DNA from: Phoronis australis
Lineage: Eukaryota; Animalia; Phoronida
Length of the DNA stretch: 64,000 nucleotides
Assembly (NCBI GenBank): GCA_002633005.1
Contig: NMRA01000224.1
Location: 462,781 to 526,780 of the forward strand
Direction: 5' to 3'
The notes under the pieces were generated by a model. That model did not search any database. It saw nothing but the letters and a program-made list of their open reading frames with translations, and had not been told where the DNA came from. Made by a program: the position numbers and the translations under genes. Positions 25,731 through 38,200 of the stretch are shown piece by piece (the stretch's first letter is position 1; each line of letters starts with the position of its first letter).

Positions 25731-27200
25731 CCACTTGAGACTGGGCAAAATTTGTGCCTCAATGACTGAACAATTGACTAATGGGATAAAATGTTGCTTC
25801 TTTGCATAATACACCAGAAATACGCTATACAAAAACAATTTAGTTGAATGATCTCTGTGAATGTGCACACAGAATATAAAAATAATAGGTTATTCTGACA
25901 GTGTTTAGCAAACACTATGAAAAAATGATCAAAGTATGTAAATTCTATGACTAAATCAACAAATACAATTCACAGCTCACACTTTTTTAATACAAAAGTA
26001 AAACGAAATAACGAGGTTGGAGAAGTTGGCGGTCTATTTAAGGTTGACCTGTCAAAGAACTATCCATTGTTATGCAGTCAGTGTTGCTGATGTTACTACA
26101 GTTGTCACGACTGCCCATTTCTGTACAGTTTAACTCAGCATTGCATCACAAACTCAGTTTCCCTGCACACGCGTTCTTTTTGCACTACCAGCATATATCG
26201 TTTAGCACTGCCAATGGAGCTGTGGGCATTGCCTTCCATTTAAACTACAGAGCTCCATCGCCAAGGAGACAACTGTGGCCGATTAAAGAAGGTACGGTAC
26301 TGCACACTGGTGATTCGCCAGCGTGCAATGAAGGGTTAAACACTGAGACCTTGTTTGGAGGCAGGCAGGATTTAGGCAAATGTTTGATTCAAAACATGTT
26401 ATAATGGGCTGTTTTCATTTGTGTGTCACTTTCGTCTCTCTTAGTTGGACACAACTGCAACAATGAGTAACTTCAACAGTCGTTTCTTAAGATGGCCTGT
26501 CCAGATAACTTCATGCACACCAGCTTTCTGAAGAACAGCTTCAAAGTCTTGCTTTAGTTTTGAAAGGCAAAAGACATCTCCGTGTGTTAGAAGCTTTGAT
26601 TCAATGAACTCCAAACAAAATTGTAGAAAAACATCTCTGAAAACTGTGGATTCTTCACTCTTCACAATCTTCGTCTTCCTATTTCTTTTAGCATGATGAT
26701 CTGTGGTACTTGGCTTCCTAAGCCACAAGGTCTTCATCTTTGAATTTCACTTGCATATTTAGGTCTCCAAACTGAGCTGTTGCTAAGTTGCTTGCGATAC
26801 AAGTCCAACTGAGAAAACTGTAACACTAATTTAACATTTAACTACGCGCGAGTTGGCATGCATTTTTTTCAGACAGTCGTATCCGGAATTGATCCACTCC
26901 CACCAAAACAAATTTACACGCCGTCTGATCTGCTGCCTAAAAATGTTGACCGTCTAACATTAGATTAGTTGTTGCAACTGAAAATAAGTCAGCTGACATA
27001 CAACTGCAGTGACTGAAATTTAATTTCTTTTAATCATTAGGCACTTCAATTTCATTACCATTACAGCCACCTAAGTAATTAAAGTTTATGAAAAATTGAG
27101 AATAGGTTCCCCCTGTCCCAAGATTAAGGCGGGGGATAAGGGCCTCGTGTTGACTGCAACCATCTACTCCATTTAACCTTCTCAAAAATTTTTGACTTAA

Positions 27201-29662
27201 AGTCCTTCTCTCAAACTGCCCATGTGGTTCCAGTATCCGAAAATACTTACTACATAAAATCATATTTTCGACACCCTTTCTTTATATTCTTTTCGCCTTT
27301 CTTACCAAAAGCGATTTTTGAACAGTATTTGACCTTTCTCTCTGAGCGTATGATTACCGGTTGTTATCGGTTATTTCCGTACCCACATTTCCGGCTCATC
27401 AGTTCAGGAACCTGTCCTGAAAGCCGCCATTTTTTCCTTGTAACTGAATGTGCTATCGCTTGCTCGAAAGTCTTCATTATTTTGTTTTGTTAGTAATATC
27501 TCGTGATGCGTTTGCATATGTAGTGTATTTATAGTTTGTAGTTAGTGGTCGTTGATGTTTTTTAGAATGTTACAGGTACTTAGTATGTTAAAATAGCATT
27601 GGTGTCTGGTTCCTTACGAAGGCCGGTCGAACCTAGGAACCAATATGGGTCGAACCTATTTTTTTCGGTTTTAATTTTTTTTCTCGTTTTGAAAAAGTAC
27701 TTTGCTATCATCGGAAATGTAGTGCATTCTACTCAGTAAAAATCGAAAAAGTATCAAAATCGGGGCAAGCAGTGTAAAGTTATTGCAAGCTTTGTGGCGA
27801 AATTTGGGTCACTTTGTTTGGATCGCGTCGACCACATTGGAGGACAGCGGGATAAGTTACGAGTTTAAAACTTTGTGTAAATTGTTTTTGCGAACAAATT
27901 ACGGTGAAATTTAGTTAGACATATCTTTACTTACTATTCTGTATGATTTAACAGTGTTCACCAAATTTCAGCCTCGCAGTTGTTACTCATTAAGTGATAA
28001 ATGTGCTCATAATTCCCGTTGGACTTCGTCTCATTTCTGGCGGCACCGACAACATGGCGACCTTTGCTGAACTGAAAGGCATGTTCAATCGGTTACTTTG
28101 TAATTTGTGAAGATTTAACGTTGATACATTTTGACAAACGTTGCTACAAATAAGAAACTTTGTTCAATTTTTGTGTTTTTTGTGCAAAAATATAAGATAT
28201 ATTCGAATTAGTTTACTGTAAATTTCCCATTCAGGTGATCTTATACTAAGCTAGAAAAATAGTTGAAATAATTTTGAAATGGTTTTTTGTTTGACTGTCA
28301 ACTGCTGTTCAAGACTTGATTTGGTGTCACAAAATGATTCACGTTTTTCTAAATTTTAAGTCTCCATTGCTTTCAAGTCATGTTTTGTAACTTATTGCTT
28401 CTTAATTCAGGTTATCAAGTCAACAATATGAATAATCTTGATTTGAGAAATAAGCTATGTTGGATTGTGAAGCGTCAAGCCTCTAATTCTTCCTCCTTGC
28501 AACTTCTTATTTTTTTAAATGATGCTTGTCAAATTCTGGTGTAAGGAAACACTATTCCGTCACCATGGTAATAGTTACATGTATGTCCACTTTCATATCA
28601 TCGAAACTGTTGCTGTTGAATAGTGTTTGCAATGCTAAATGTTGCACATTTGGGTTAATGAATAAAAAATGATAACATGTTGTATTGGACTTGTCATACT
28701 TATGTGCTCGAACGAGCCCCCTTTTTGGAGAACTGGAAAAAGGTCTGCCTCAGTCACAGAAGTACGAATTCCGAAAAAAGTAGAAAATGAGACCATATTC
28801 CACTAGAAGACAGGAAGTACCGAAATTTAGAGTCTGCAATTCATAGCTCTGAACATACCCACTGAATCTTATAGTAAAAGATAGACATTCCCAAAAATTC
28901 CAGCCCCCCCCCCATTCTTTTAGGCTTGGTGCGCTCACACAAATCTGGGAAAGTCTCTATTGAAAGCCAACAACTTTGCACAGTTCGCCAGAAGCCTCGT
29001 TTGAGCGAGCGCTGTGGCCAGCGACCAGTTAGGCCTAAGGGTAACCTTGGCGCAAAGCTGTATAGGTGACTGAGGCTAACTAAGGTCTGCCGCGGCAGTG
29101 TGACACAGGACTAACCAGACTGTAATTTCATGCAAGTGTCTAAAACTACCATTGAATATATGCAGCATTTATGATTTGACCATTTTACTTCGATAAAACA
29201 GCTTGCAACCGCATGCATTTACCGTTCGCCAGTGTCTGGTCTCGATCCGCACCGCCGGGGGCCGATAGACTGCGGTCCCGAGTCTGGCAAAATAATTTCT
29301 GTCAAAATTTTTTCGCCACATTTCTTCAGCAAATTCGATAAAATTGTTCGTAGTTTGATTTTATTAAAATTAAGGCGCGCTGTCGATTATTCTATCCCCG
29401 ATTGCTGGCTGGTAACAGTACAGGCGCTGCTGCAGTCGCACTGACGGCGTTTTCTCGGCCTGGGTTCCTGAATGAATTGTATTTCCGGGTTCGCGGCAAG
29501 TTCAAAATGGCGATGGTTCTTCGGTGCGAATCGTGAGTGGCGCGTTCATTTAAACTTTTTTCGAGTACGGATCTTGTATTAGTTATAGGGTAAGTACTTC
29601 TTGGATCCTTATAACATCCTCTAACCATGTAATAAGGGTTAACAACTCGTGAGAGAAGGACT
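27201..29662. mobile_element. Non-autonomous Kolobok-type element (2.46 kb) inserted into Academ copy A
   Basis: Perfect 13-bp TIR AGTCCTTCTCTCA / TGAGAGAAGGACT with TTAA TSD. The empty site ttgacTTAAagtgct is present in copy B (~53240-53260, reverse). Confidence 0.9.
28708..28938 (+). repeat. ~230-bp interspersed repeat, copy 3, nested in the Kolobok element
   Basis: gaacgagccccc...ttggagaactggaaaaaggtctgcc...ttttaggcttggtgcgctca. Confidence 0.6.
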
Positions 29663-32643
29663 TTAAAGTGCTTAAAATCACATGCACAGTATCACGCCTT
29701 ATGATTATCCCCTGGCGCAAGAAGTGTCAATGTGGTAACTGAACAAAGGAGTGTTCAAAAAACAGGATTGCAGAAGTATCTGTTTATAGTCCGGTCCCTT
29801 AGCAGCCAAAAACCCCAAAACATTTACAACCCGGATTAAAGCACCAAACTTGGCACACAGGTCCTTTGACACACGCTGAATCTCATGGGGGTCAGTTGCC
29901 CGAAATTTGAGGCCAAGGTCAAGGTCAAATGAAGGTCAAAGTTCATAAAGTCAAATTTTTTGAAATGGCTCGACAGGTAATATCAGCTTCATTACTGTTT
30001 CAGATGATTATCAGGAAGCTTTTTTAAATTCAAATTATTGTTGAAAACTTGTACACATAAGTTAAATGCAAAAAAAAGTGATTTTCAGGATACTTAAGAC
30101 GGTAATTAACATAATTAATAGAGCATGTATATTTTCGATGAAAATAAGTCTTTTTTGTTTTCTCCCGCTGAGAAAAACTGTCAAACTGGCATAATTTTGC
30201 ATTAAATCAACTCCAGCATGGTTTATCTTTAAAAGAAATTCATTTTTGGATGTCTTTGTGAAAAATATTTGCGGTTAATCAAGTAACAAATCGTCCGAGA
30301 TTACAGGAAATCGGACATCTCCCCGCTACATTTCAAGGGACAATTGTAGAAACTTTTATCATCATTTTTAATTTTATCATAGCTAATGGTAATTTTTTCA
30401 ATCAATGTGTAGTTACATTTTGGTTTGAAGTTGATTGTGACATAAATTAAACCAATTAAAGTAATTAAGGTAATTTAAGGTTTCCAGTAGGACAAAATAA
30501 CAAAGCAGGTTTTACTTCTATCACAACTCAGACAGACTTTATATATCTGAGATCACAATAATGTGAAGTCCTAGCTGCACTAAAATTTAAAACAGGTCTA
30601 GGCATAATTAATTATGTTGAGGAACACATGTTATAAACAAAAGTCTAATTTTAAACTTTGCTTCCATGTAATTGTTTATGTCTAACAACTGAAGCTTAAC
30701 CTTGCTCATCCAGACAACAGTATTCAAGCTCTGAGACTCACAGAATGTTGACATCCAGTTCATTGTTCTTGTTATATTATTTGGAATGAGATTTACTAAT
30801 TTAGGTAAGTACACTTTTGATTAACTATGTAAATAAATAAACATTCTATTCTGATTTAATTGATTGGATACAATACTTTTGGTAGACTCAAGCACATTGG
30901 ATTTCATGTTTAAATCACTACAGTACCCATTCACATGCTGTAAGTGGTTTAATAAAACCTAAGAGTCCAATTTTCCGACAGCCCACTATTCTGATAAATA
31001 AACACACAAAAGTTACCCTTTAATTCCACAGTACCATATTCCAAAGGCCCCGTTGTTTGAGCAAGGCGCTACTCCAGATTCACTGACTAGTAAGTGCCTG
31101 ACAACCCAATGTTCTAAAACGTTACCCTTTATCCTGAAAGCAGACGACATAACTACATTTTCTGAATAACAGGTCCCAGCCACAATAAATAAGAGTTCTT
31201 GCATGGGCAAAATTTTAGAACTGTTGTCTGTAGAAACTATGAATAAACATCTGGAACATTCGGCCGTTGGAACAATTTCTTTTCCTTGCTACGCGTGAAC
31301 TATGCAAAATATTTATTTCCTACATGTTTTTGAAAATGTCCCTTTTCATAAAATAAAATGGCTACAAGGCTTTTCAGTTTCATTTTAGAATGGCAAATAA
31401 CAACGAAGATACTGAGTCAGTTATTGATTGGTTGAAATGCTGCATCTGTGGTCATGATGACAGAACTCCACTCAGAAGCCCTGCTGAACGAACTGATGGG
31501 GGAAGTTTGGAAAGTTATGCGACATTTCTTCAAAATGTAGAAGAGTTCTATGAAATTGATGCTCTTCCAAGCCCAGTGCTTTGCTTCAGACGATGTAACG
31601 TGCAAGATATACTCCATCATAAAGCAAAATGGCATCAACAATGTCACGTAAAGTTTGCTCATTCAAAACTGGAAAGAATAAGAGAGAGGGTTATCAAGCG
31701 CAAACGCAGCAACGTTGAATGCAGACAGTCAAAACGCCAGTCCCTGGACAAAAAGTCAAATGCATGCATTTTTGCAACGGGACAAACGGTGAACTACACA
31801 ACTGCTCAACCTTACAGTTAGACTCCAGCCTACGAAAGATGGCAGCAGGGATGAATGATGAAGCCTTGCTTGCAAAGTTGTCTGGGGGAGACTTTATTGC
31901 AATTGAAGATTGCTATCACAACAAATGCTTAACTTATTTCAAAAATCTATACAGAAGTAAAATCAGAGAAAATGAAGAAAGCGACTTCAGTAGAAATCTG
32001 AAGCTATCACAAACTTGCCAAACCCGTGCATTCTCGGAACTTGTATTGCACATTGAAAACAAAGTTGAAGATGGAATTTGCATGCATAAGCTATCTGAAC
32101 TGCACAGCTTGTGTGAACATCGTCTTTCTGTTTTGGGTCTACCTATATCGGTGAACAGGTCAAGGCTGAAATCACAACTGCTTTCTCATTTTGGCAATGA
32201 TTGCAAAGAACAAGTTGATGGAAATATGTATTGCTTGTTTTCAGCAGTGGTATTCAGAAGTTTCTCAAGTCGACACTTCTTGGCCAGCAAGAAGCCATTA
32301 CAACACAACACATTGTCTCTAAACATCGGAGACAAATGTTTGAACACCAATCATTCAAGTTTTGCGGCTCTTTTCCAGAAGGATGCCAACCATTATAGGT
32401 CCCTGAGAGCCTTACTACATTCGTCTCCATGCTTCTTTATAGCAGTAATATAACCGATCCAAGCTTTGAACTTACTCAGCCATGTCTAACAATTAGCCAA
32501 CTTATAATGTTCAATGCGAAGCAGTCTACTCCAACATTAAGTACATGTAAATCGCGTCACACAAAGGCCCGTGAACCACCACTGCCCCTTTATGTGGGAC
32601 TCAACATCCATGCCTCATCCCGAAGCAACAAACTGATCAATCA

Positions 32644-35207
32644 CTGTCCGAAGACAACCTCAGTGCACTTATTATTCCAGAATACAACATTGCCTACCAC
32701 ACTAACGCCGGGAGTGGGTTGATCTTGTTTGTCCACAACTCCGTAAATAAAATTATACAAACAATGAGTAACTGATGGATTGAACTTCACGTCAAACACA
32801 AAAAGGTATATTACGGTTTTTTTCTATCGCTCACCCTCACAGACGTCTCATGAAAGGAGAGCAAATTTCAAAACCTTTTCAGAACAATTGCAAGAACTCT
32901 CTCAAACTAATAAAACAATTGTTATCAACGGGGATTTCAACGCAAGAAATAGTACTTGGTACTCAGAAGACAATGACAACCAAGCCCGTCTCGAATTATT
33001 CGATATTCTCCTCACAAATGACTGTATACAACTAATAAACGAGCCGACACGTTTAACAGAGTATTCACATTCTTGCCTTGATTTATGTATAACAAACAAT
33101 CTCGGATTCATTGAATCCACTTCTGTAAGGCCTCCCATTGGTAACTCAGACCACCACGTTACAGAAACAACATTCACACTCAACTGCGCACATAAAGAAC
33201 CAGACATTATGAAGAAGATCTGGAATTACAACCTCATTAACATGGACAAACTGCGCTCTGACATAACCACATTCAACTGGACTGAAATACTTTACAAAGG
33301 TGACATAAATGACGCAGTCTCAATATTCACACAATCACTCTACAACATATTAGATAATAATATCCCATCAACCATGAAAACAATAAAAAACAAGAACAAA
33401 CCGTGGTTTAACAATAACATTAAGTCTGAAATAAATAAAAGAAATAAACTGTACAGATCGTTCAGAAGATCAAATAATCCATGCACGTTCAAGTGCTACA
33501 AAGAACAGTGCAAGAGTGTGGAAGAACTAATTAAAAAGACAAAACAAGACTATAAGATGAAAGTTATCTCCAATATCAAAAATGTCTCCAAAAATTCTAA
33601 GGAATATTGGGATATAGTAAACAAAATTCGAGGACAGGTAAAGCAATCATCATACCCCACCATCCACTCAAAAGAATCCAACTCTCAGGCGTCATNNNNN
33701 NNNNNNNNNNNNNNNNNNNNNNNNNNNNNNNNNNNNNNNNNNNNNNNNNNNNNNNNNNNNNNNNNNNNNNNNNNNNNNNNNNNNNNNNNNNNNNNNNNNN
33801 NNNNNNNNNNNNNNNNNNNNNNNNNNNNNNNNNNNNNNNNNNNNNNNNNNNNNNNNNNNNNNNNNNNNNNNNNNNNNNNNNNNNNNNNNNNNNNNNNNNN
33901 NNNNNNNNNNNNNNNNNNNNNNNNNNNNNNNNNNNNNNNNNNNNNNNNNNNNNNNNNNNNNNNNNNNNNNNNNNNNNNNNNNNNNNNNNNNNNNNNNNNN
34001 NNNNNNNNNNNNNNNNNNNNNNNNNNNNNNNNNNNNNNNNNNNNNNNNNNNNNNNNNNNNNNNNNNNNNNNNNNNNNNNNNNNNNNNNNNNNNNNNNNNN
34101 NNNNNNNNNNNNNNNNNNNNNNNNNNNNNNNNNNNNNNNNNNNNNNNNNNNNNNNNNNNNNNNNNNNNNNNNNNNNNNNNNNNNNNNNNNNNNNNNNNNN
34201 NNNNNNNNNNNNNNNNNNNNNNNNNNNNNNNNNNNNNNNNNNNNNNNNNNNNNNNNNNNNNNNNNNNNNNNNNNNNNNNNNNNNNNNNNNNNNNNNNNNN
34301 NNNNNNNNNNNNNNNNNNNNNNNNNNNNNNNNNNNNNNNNNNNNNNNNNCCATGTATACATTCAAAGTCTTAACCAACATAAACAATTACTCTAACAAAA
34401 TCCTCTTTGACTCCTACAAAAGACCAAGCACGAGACCAGGACTCCGGCAAAGCAATATGTATACTATTCCAGCCTCCATCAGCCAAGCCTTCAGAAGATC
34501 AACGATATTAACTTGTATTGACAACTGGAATTCCTTACCATTCAAAATAAAGAAAGCACTTCAATCGTCACTCTCAAAAAATAACTTTAAAATGCATACC
34601 ACTACTCCAGACTTGCCCGTCCCATTGACATCATTCCAACTTCCCCGCAACCACGAAATAACCCTAAACAGATCAAGATGTGGTCTATTCCTAAACAACG
34701 AGAAATTTAGACATAATTTTAATAATATTTCGCCTCTGTGTTCCTGTGGAGATATCCAGACATAACCTCATGTTTTCTTTGCTTGTGAGGTATGCAAGGA
34801 GGAGAGGATACAGCTCTTCCAGGCACTCGAACAATACCCCAATGTTTATAAAAATATTCTGAAATTCCGCAATTGTACAACAAAATTAATTTCTTTCTAT
34901 ATGGATGTCAAGAACTTAACTTAAACGAAAATAAGGTTTTATTTGAAATAGTGTCAGAATTTCTTTATAACATTAAATCTCTTTGTGTGAGTGGATAGAA
35001 TTTTATACATCTGTATAAAAATGAATTATTTTCATTCGTTGTCATATATCATTGTATTCTTAACATCAGTTTTTTATTTATGTATTTGTATATAATCATT
35101 GTATATAGACTTCTTTGTATTTTTTACCCAGATCTAATGCCTCTTGGCGCTTTCTGAATTATGTATATTCATTGTATTCTGAAGATTTCGTAATAAACAT
35201 TAAAAAA
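32644..35207 (+). mobile_element. CR1/L2-group LINE (5'-truncated in the APE endonuclease, RT hidden by the gap, 3' end with A-tail) inserted in the Academ ORF
   Basis: APE motifs 'FYRSP', 'NGDFNA', 'QLINEPTR', 'LDL', 'SDH'. C-terminal 'SPLCSCGD'. AATAAA plus A-run at 35192-35209 and TSD AATCA/AATCA. Excision restores the Academ frame 'KLINQFYEMG'. Confidence 0.9.
33696..34349. other. Assembly gap (N run) inside the LINE
   Basis: Continuous Ns. Confidence 1.
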
Positions 35208-38200
35208 AATCAGTTTTATGAAATGGGTATTTCTGTTAACTATAAACGTGTGATGGAAGTACAGGATATGATGACTGCAGCCACATGTCAAAGATACGAA
35301 GACAAACAGTCTGTTTGCCCGTCCCAGCTAACAGAAGGAATTTTCACTGTTGGTACTATTGATAATAAAGACCACAACTTGTCTTCAACAACAGCTCAAG
35401 GCTCTTTTCATGGCAACAGCATCAGTCTTTTCCAAATGCCCACCGACCTAAATCCAGGCACGATTCGACCAGCAACACAGCTTAAAGATTTTCAAGAGAG
35501 AGAATTCTCACTTCCAGAAACCTATGGTCGTGATTCAGAAGCTAGTATGAATACCAATGCTGTTAGAATTTCAGAAGTTCCAAATCTGGGTACAAAAAAC
35601 CACGAGAATTTTCTTATTGGTGAGGAGCTTTTAAAAGAGCATAATTGGGTTCACTTGACTTCACGGCTTCTAACCAAAGATGTCCTGGGTGATGGTGACA
35701 ACGTTTCTTGGGCTGCTTGCCATGCAGATCAGCAGACGGAAGCACCAACTCAACAAGGAGTGTCTGCACTTTTACCTCTTTTTAATGAAAAGGCAGCAAC
35801 AGTGTCCATGATGAAGCATGAGTATCATTAAGCAATTAACAGACAAACTAAATCCGGGGCAAACATTAGTAGTTGCTGTAGACCAACCGCTTTATACTCT
35901 CTGCAAGTATATACAATGGAAGTGGCCTCAAACGCACTGGAAAACTTCCATGGTCATACTGATGGGAGGACTTCATGTTGAAATGGCTTTATGGAGAATG
36001 ATAGGAGTGATGCTTCCAGATATTGGCTGGACTTCAATTCTTACGGAAGCCTCAGTGGCTACAGCTGGCAGAGTTGATTCGTTTCTCCAAGCTTCGCACT
36101 TGACTCGAACAAGATATGCACATCAGGTGACAGCTCTGTCTCTAGCAAAGCTCCAGGAAGAAGCATTTCTTATTTCGGGAAATGAAGGTGGTGTTTTGGA
36201 TCAACAGTCTTACTCCGGCTGGAAAAGTGAAAGCTCAACAACAAGTCCAACATTTGAGTTCTGGAATATTATCTTACATGTCCAGTTATTGATTTTGATG
36301 TTTGTCCGTGCTCATCGCGAATGCAACTTGTCGCTGTACATTGATGTCCTTGAATCTCTTGTGCCCTATTTCTTTGCCCTTGACCTTCAAAATTATGCAC
36401 GATGTGTCCCTGTCCACATCCAAGACATGAGAGTTTTGCCACCTAATGTACGGCATCATCTGGAGAAACACTGGGTGTTTTCGAAGACACGGCAGAGATT
36501 CTGTGCTATTCCAATTGACCAGGCCCATGAACAAAATAATGCCTTAGTCAAAGACAGTGGTGGGGCTATTGGATTAACTGAAAATCCAAACGCTTTGACA
36601 AGGTGGATGGTGTTTGGGCCCGAGCTAGCCTGACTGAGTTCAAATGTCAATATGGTTTTGAGGACAATAGTGAGGAGACAAGCCACCATGAAGACAGTCT
36701 ATCCTTCCAGAACAAGTTAAAGAACCATGGAACAGTTTGTGTAATGTAATTTCAGCCAAGGGAAAACCTTTCCTCGACAGGGGTGATGAATTTATGACGA
36801 TAGATACTCACAGATGTATTGATAGCCCTATAAGTCTTCCAACTATCGAATTAATTGGAAAACAGCAATATGACAATTATAGGCAAGCAGTCCTAATTGA
36901 AAAATCCCAAACAACACAGACCCCTATCAAGAAAAACAGGTTTTGTTGTTTTCAAAACAGCTTGTGGGAAGACAAAAACAGTGACTCAGCAGTGTATCGA
37001 TGACATCAAGAAAGACTACAGCTTATTTAGTCAACTTTTTATAGCTAGTCAAGTTTGAGAAGCTAACCTGGATGATTTCTTTATGTATGAGAATCATCCT
37101 TGGCCGCCATCCCTGAGCCAGAACGGCAGTCTGCGTTTACCTTCACAGAAGTCACAGTTGCTCAACATGTTGGAGTTTCCTCACCCAGACGTTCCTGAAT
37201 CCGCCGATGCTAAAGTCTTTGATGGACCAGCCATTGTGCATAGTTTTCCCCCAAATGAATCAGCGACATTCGGTCAGTTCAGTGAAAACTTTGCTAAGTG
37301 GGCGCATTCTAACCTTCACACCTGCAGGAGAGTTAATATTGTGTTTGATGCTTACACTGAAGACAGCTTGAAGGCCACTACAAGAGCAGCCAGAGGTTCA
37401 GTTGATCGAACCAAAGTTTCACCCCAAACGCGACTGCCTCTGAACTTCCAGAATTTCTTGCAAAATTCGATGAATAAAGAGGAATTGTTCATGCTGTTAG
37501 CTGAAGATATCTCGGCAATCTCCTGTCCTCCAGGAATATATATATATATATGTTACCCACCGTCAGTCTGTTCTTTCCTCTGCTTCTTACATGCCTCCCT
37601 GCGATCACGAGGATGCGCACACCGTATGTGCTTGGACATTGCGGACGCTTTGATGAAAGGAAATCAAACAATACTGGTTACTACCGTGGATACTAATGCT
37701 GTGGTCATTCTTCTTGGTGTTTTTGATCAGCTTAAGGTGTTTTGCAACCAGCAATACAATTATGGGTAGTGGTTAAAGCTGGAAAGAACGCACGGGAATT
37801 CTTCATCAACGGTATCTTTGACGAGCTTGGGTGCGATTTGTGTGTAGCTCTACCCATGTTCCATGCCTTAACAGGATCGGACACAACGTCCCAGTTCTAT
37901 GGAAAGGGGAAGAAAACAGCATGGGAGACTTGGAAAGCTTATCCTGATGCTACTCATGCATTCTCGTACCCAGCAATCAATCTCTTTCAGCAACTCACCA
38001 TCGACAATCTGGAATTCAAAGCAATTGAGACATTTACATGTCTCCTATATGATCGTAAAGCCAAAACCAGCCAAGTCAATGGTTTACGAAGAGAGCTTTT
38101 CACCCGAGAAGTTCAGCTCATGCCAAATCTACCGCCTACCCAGTCTGCTCTGATAAAACATGTTAAGAGATGTTTGTATCAAGCTGGAATATGGCTTAAG

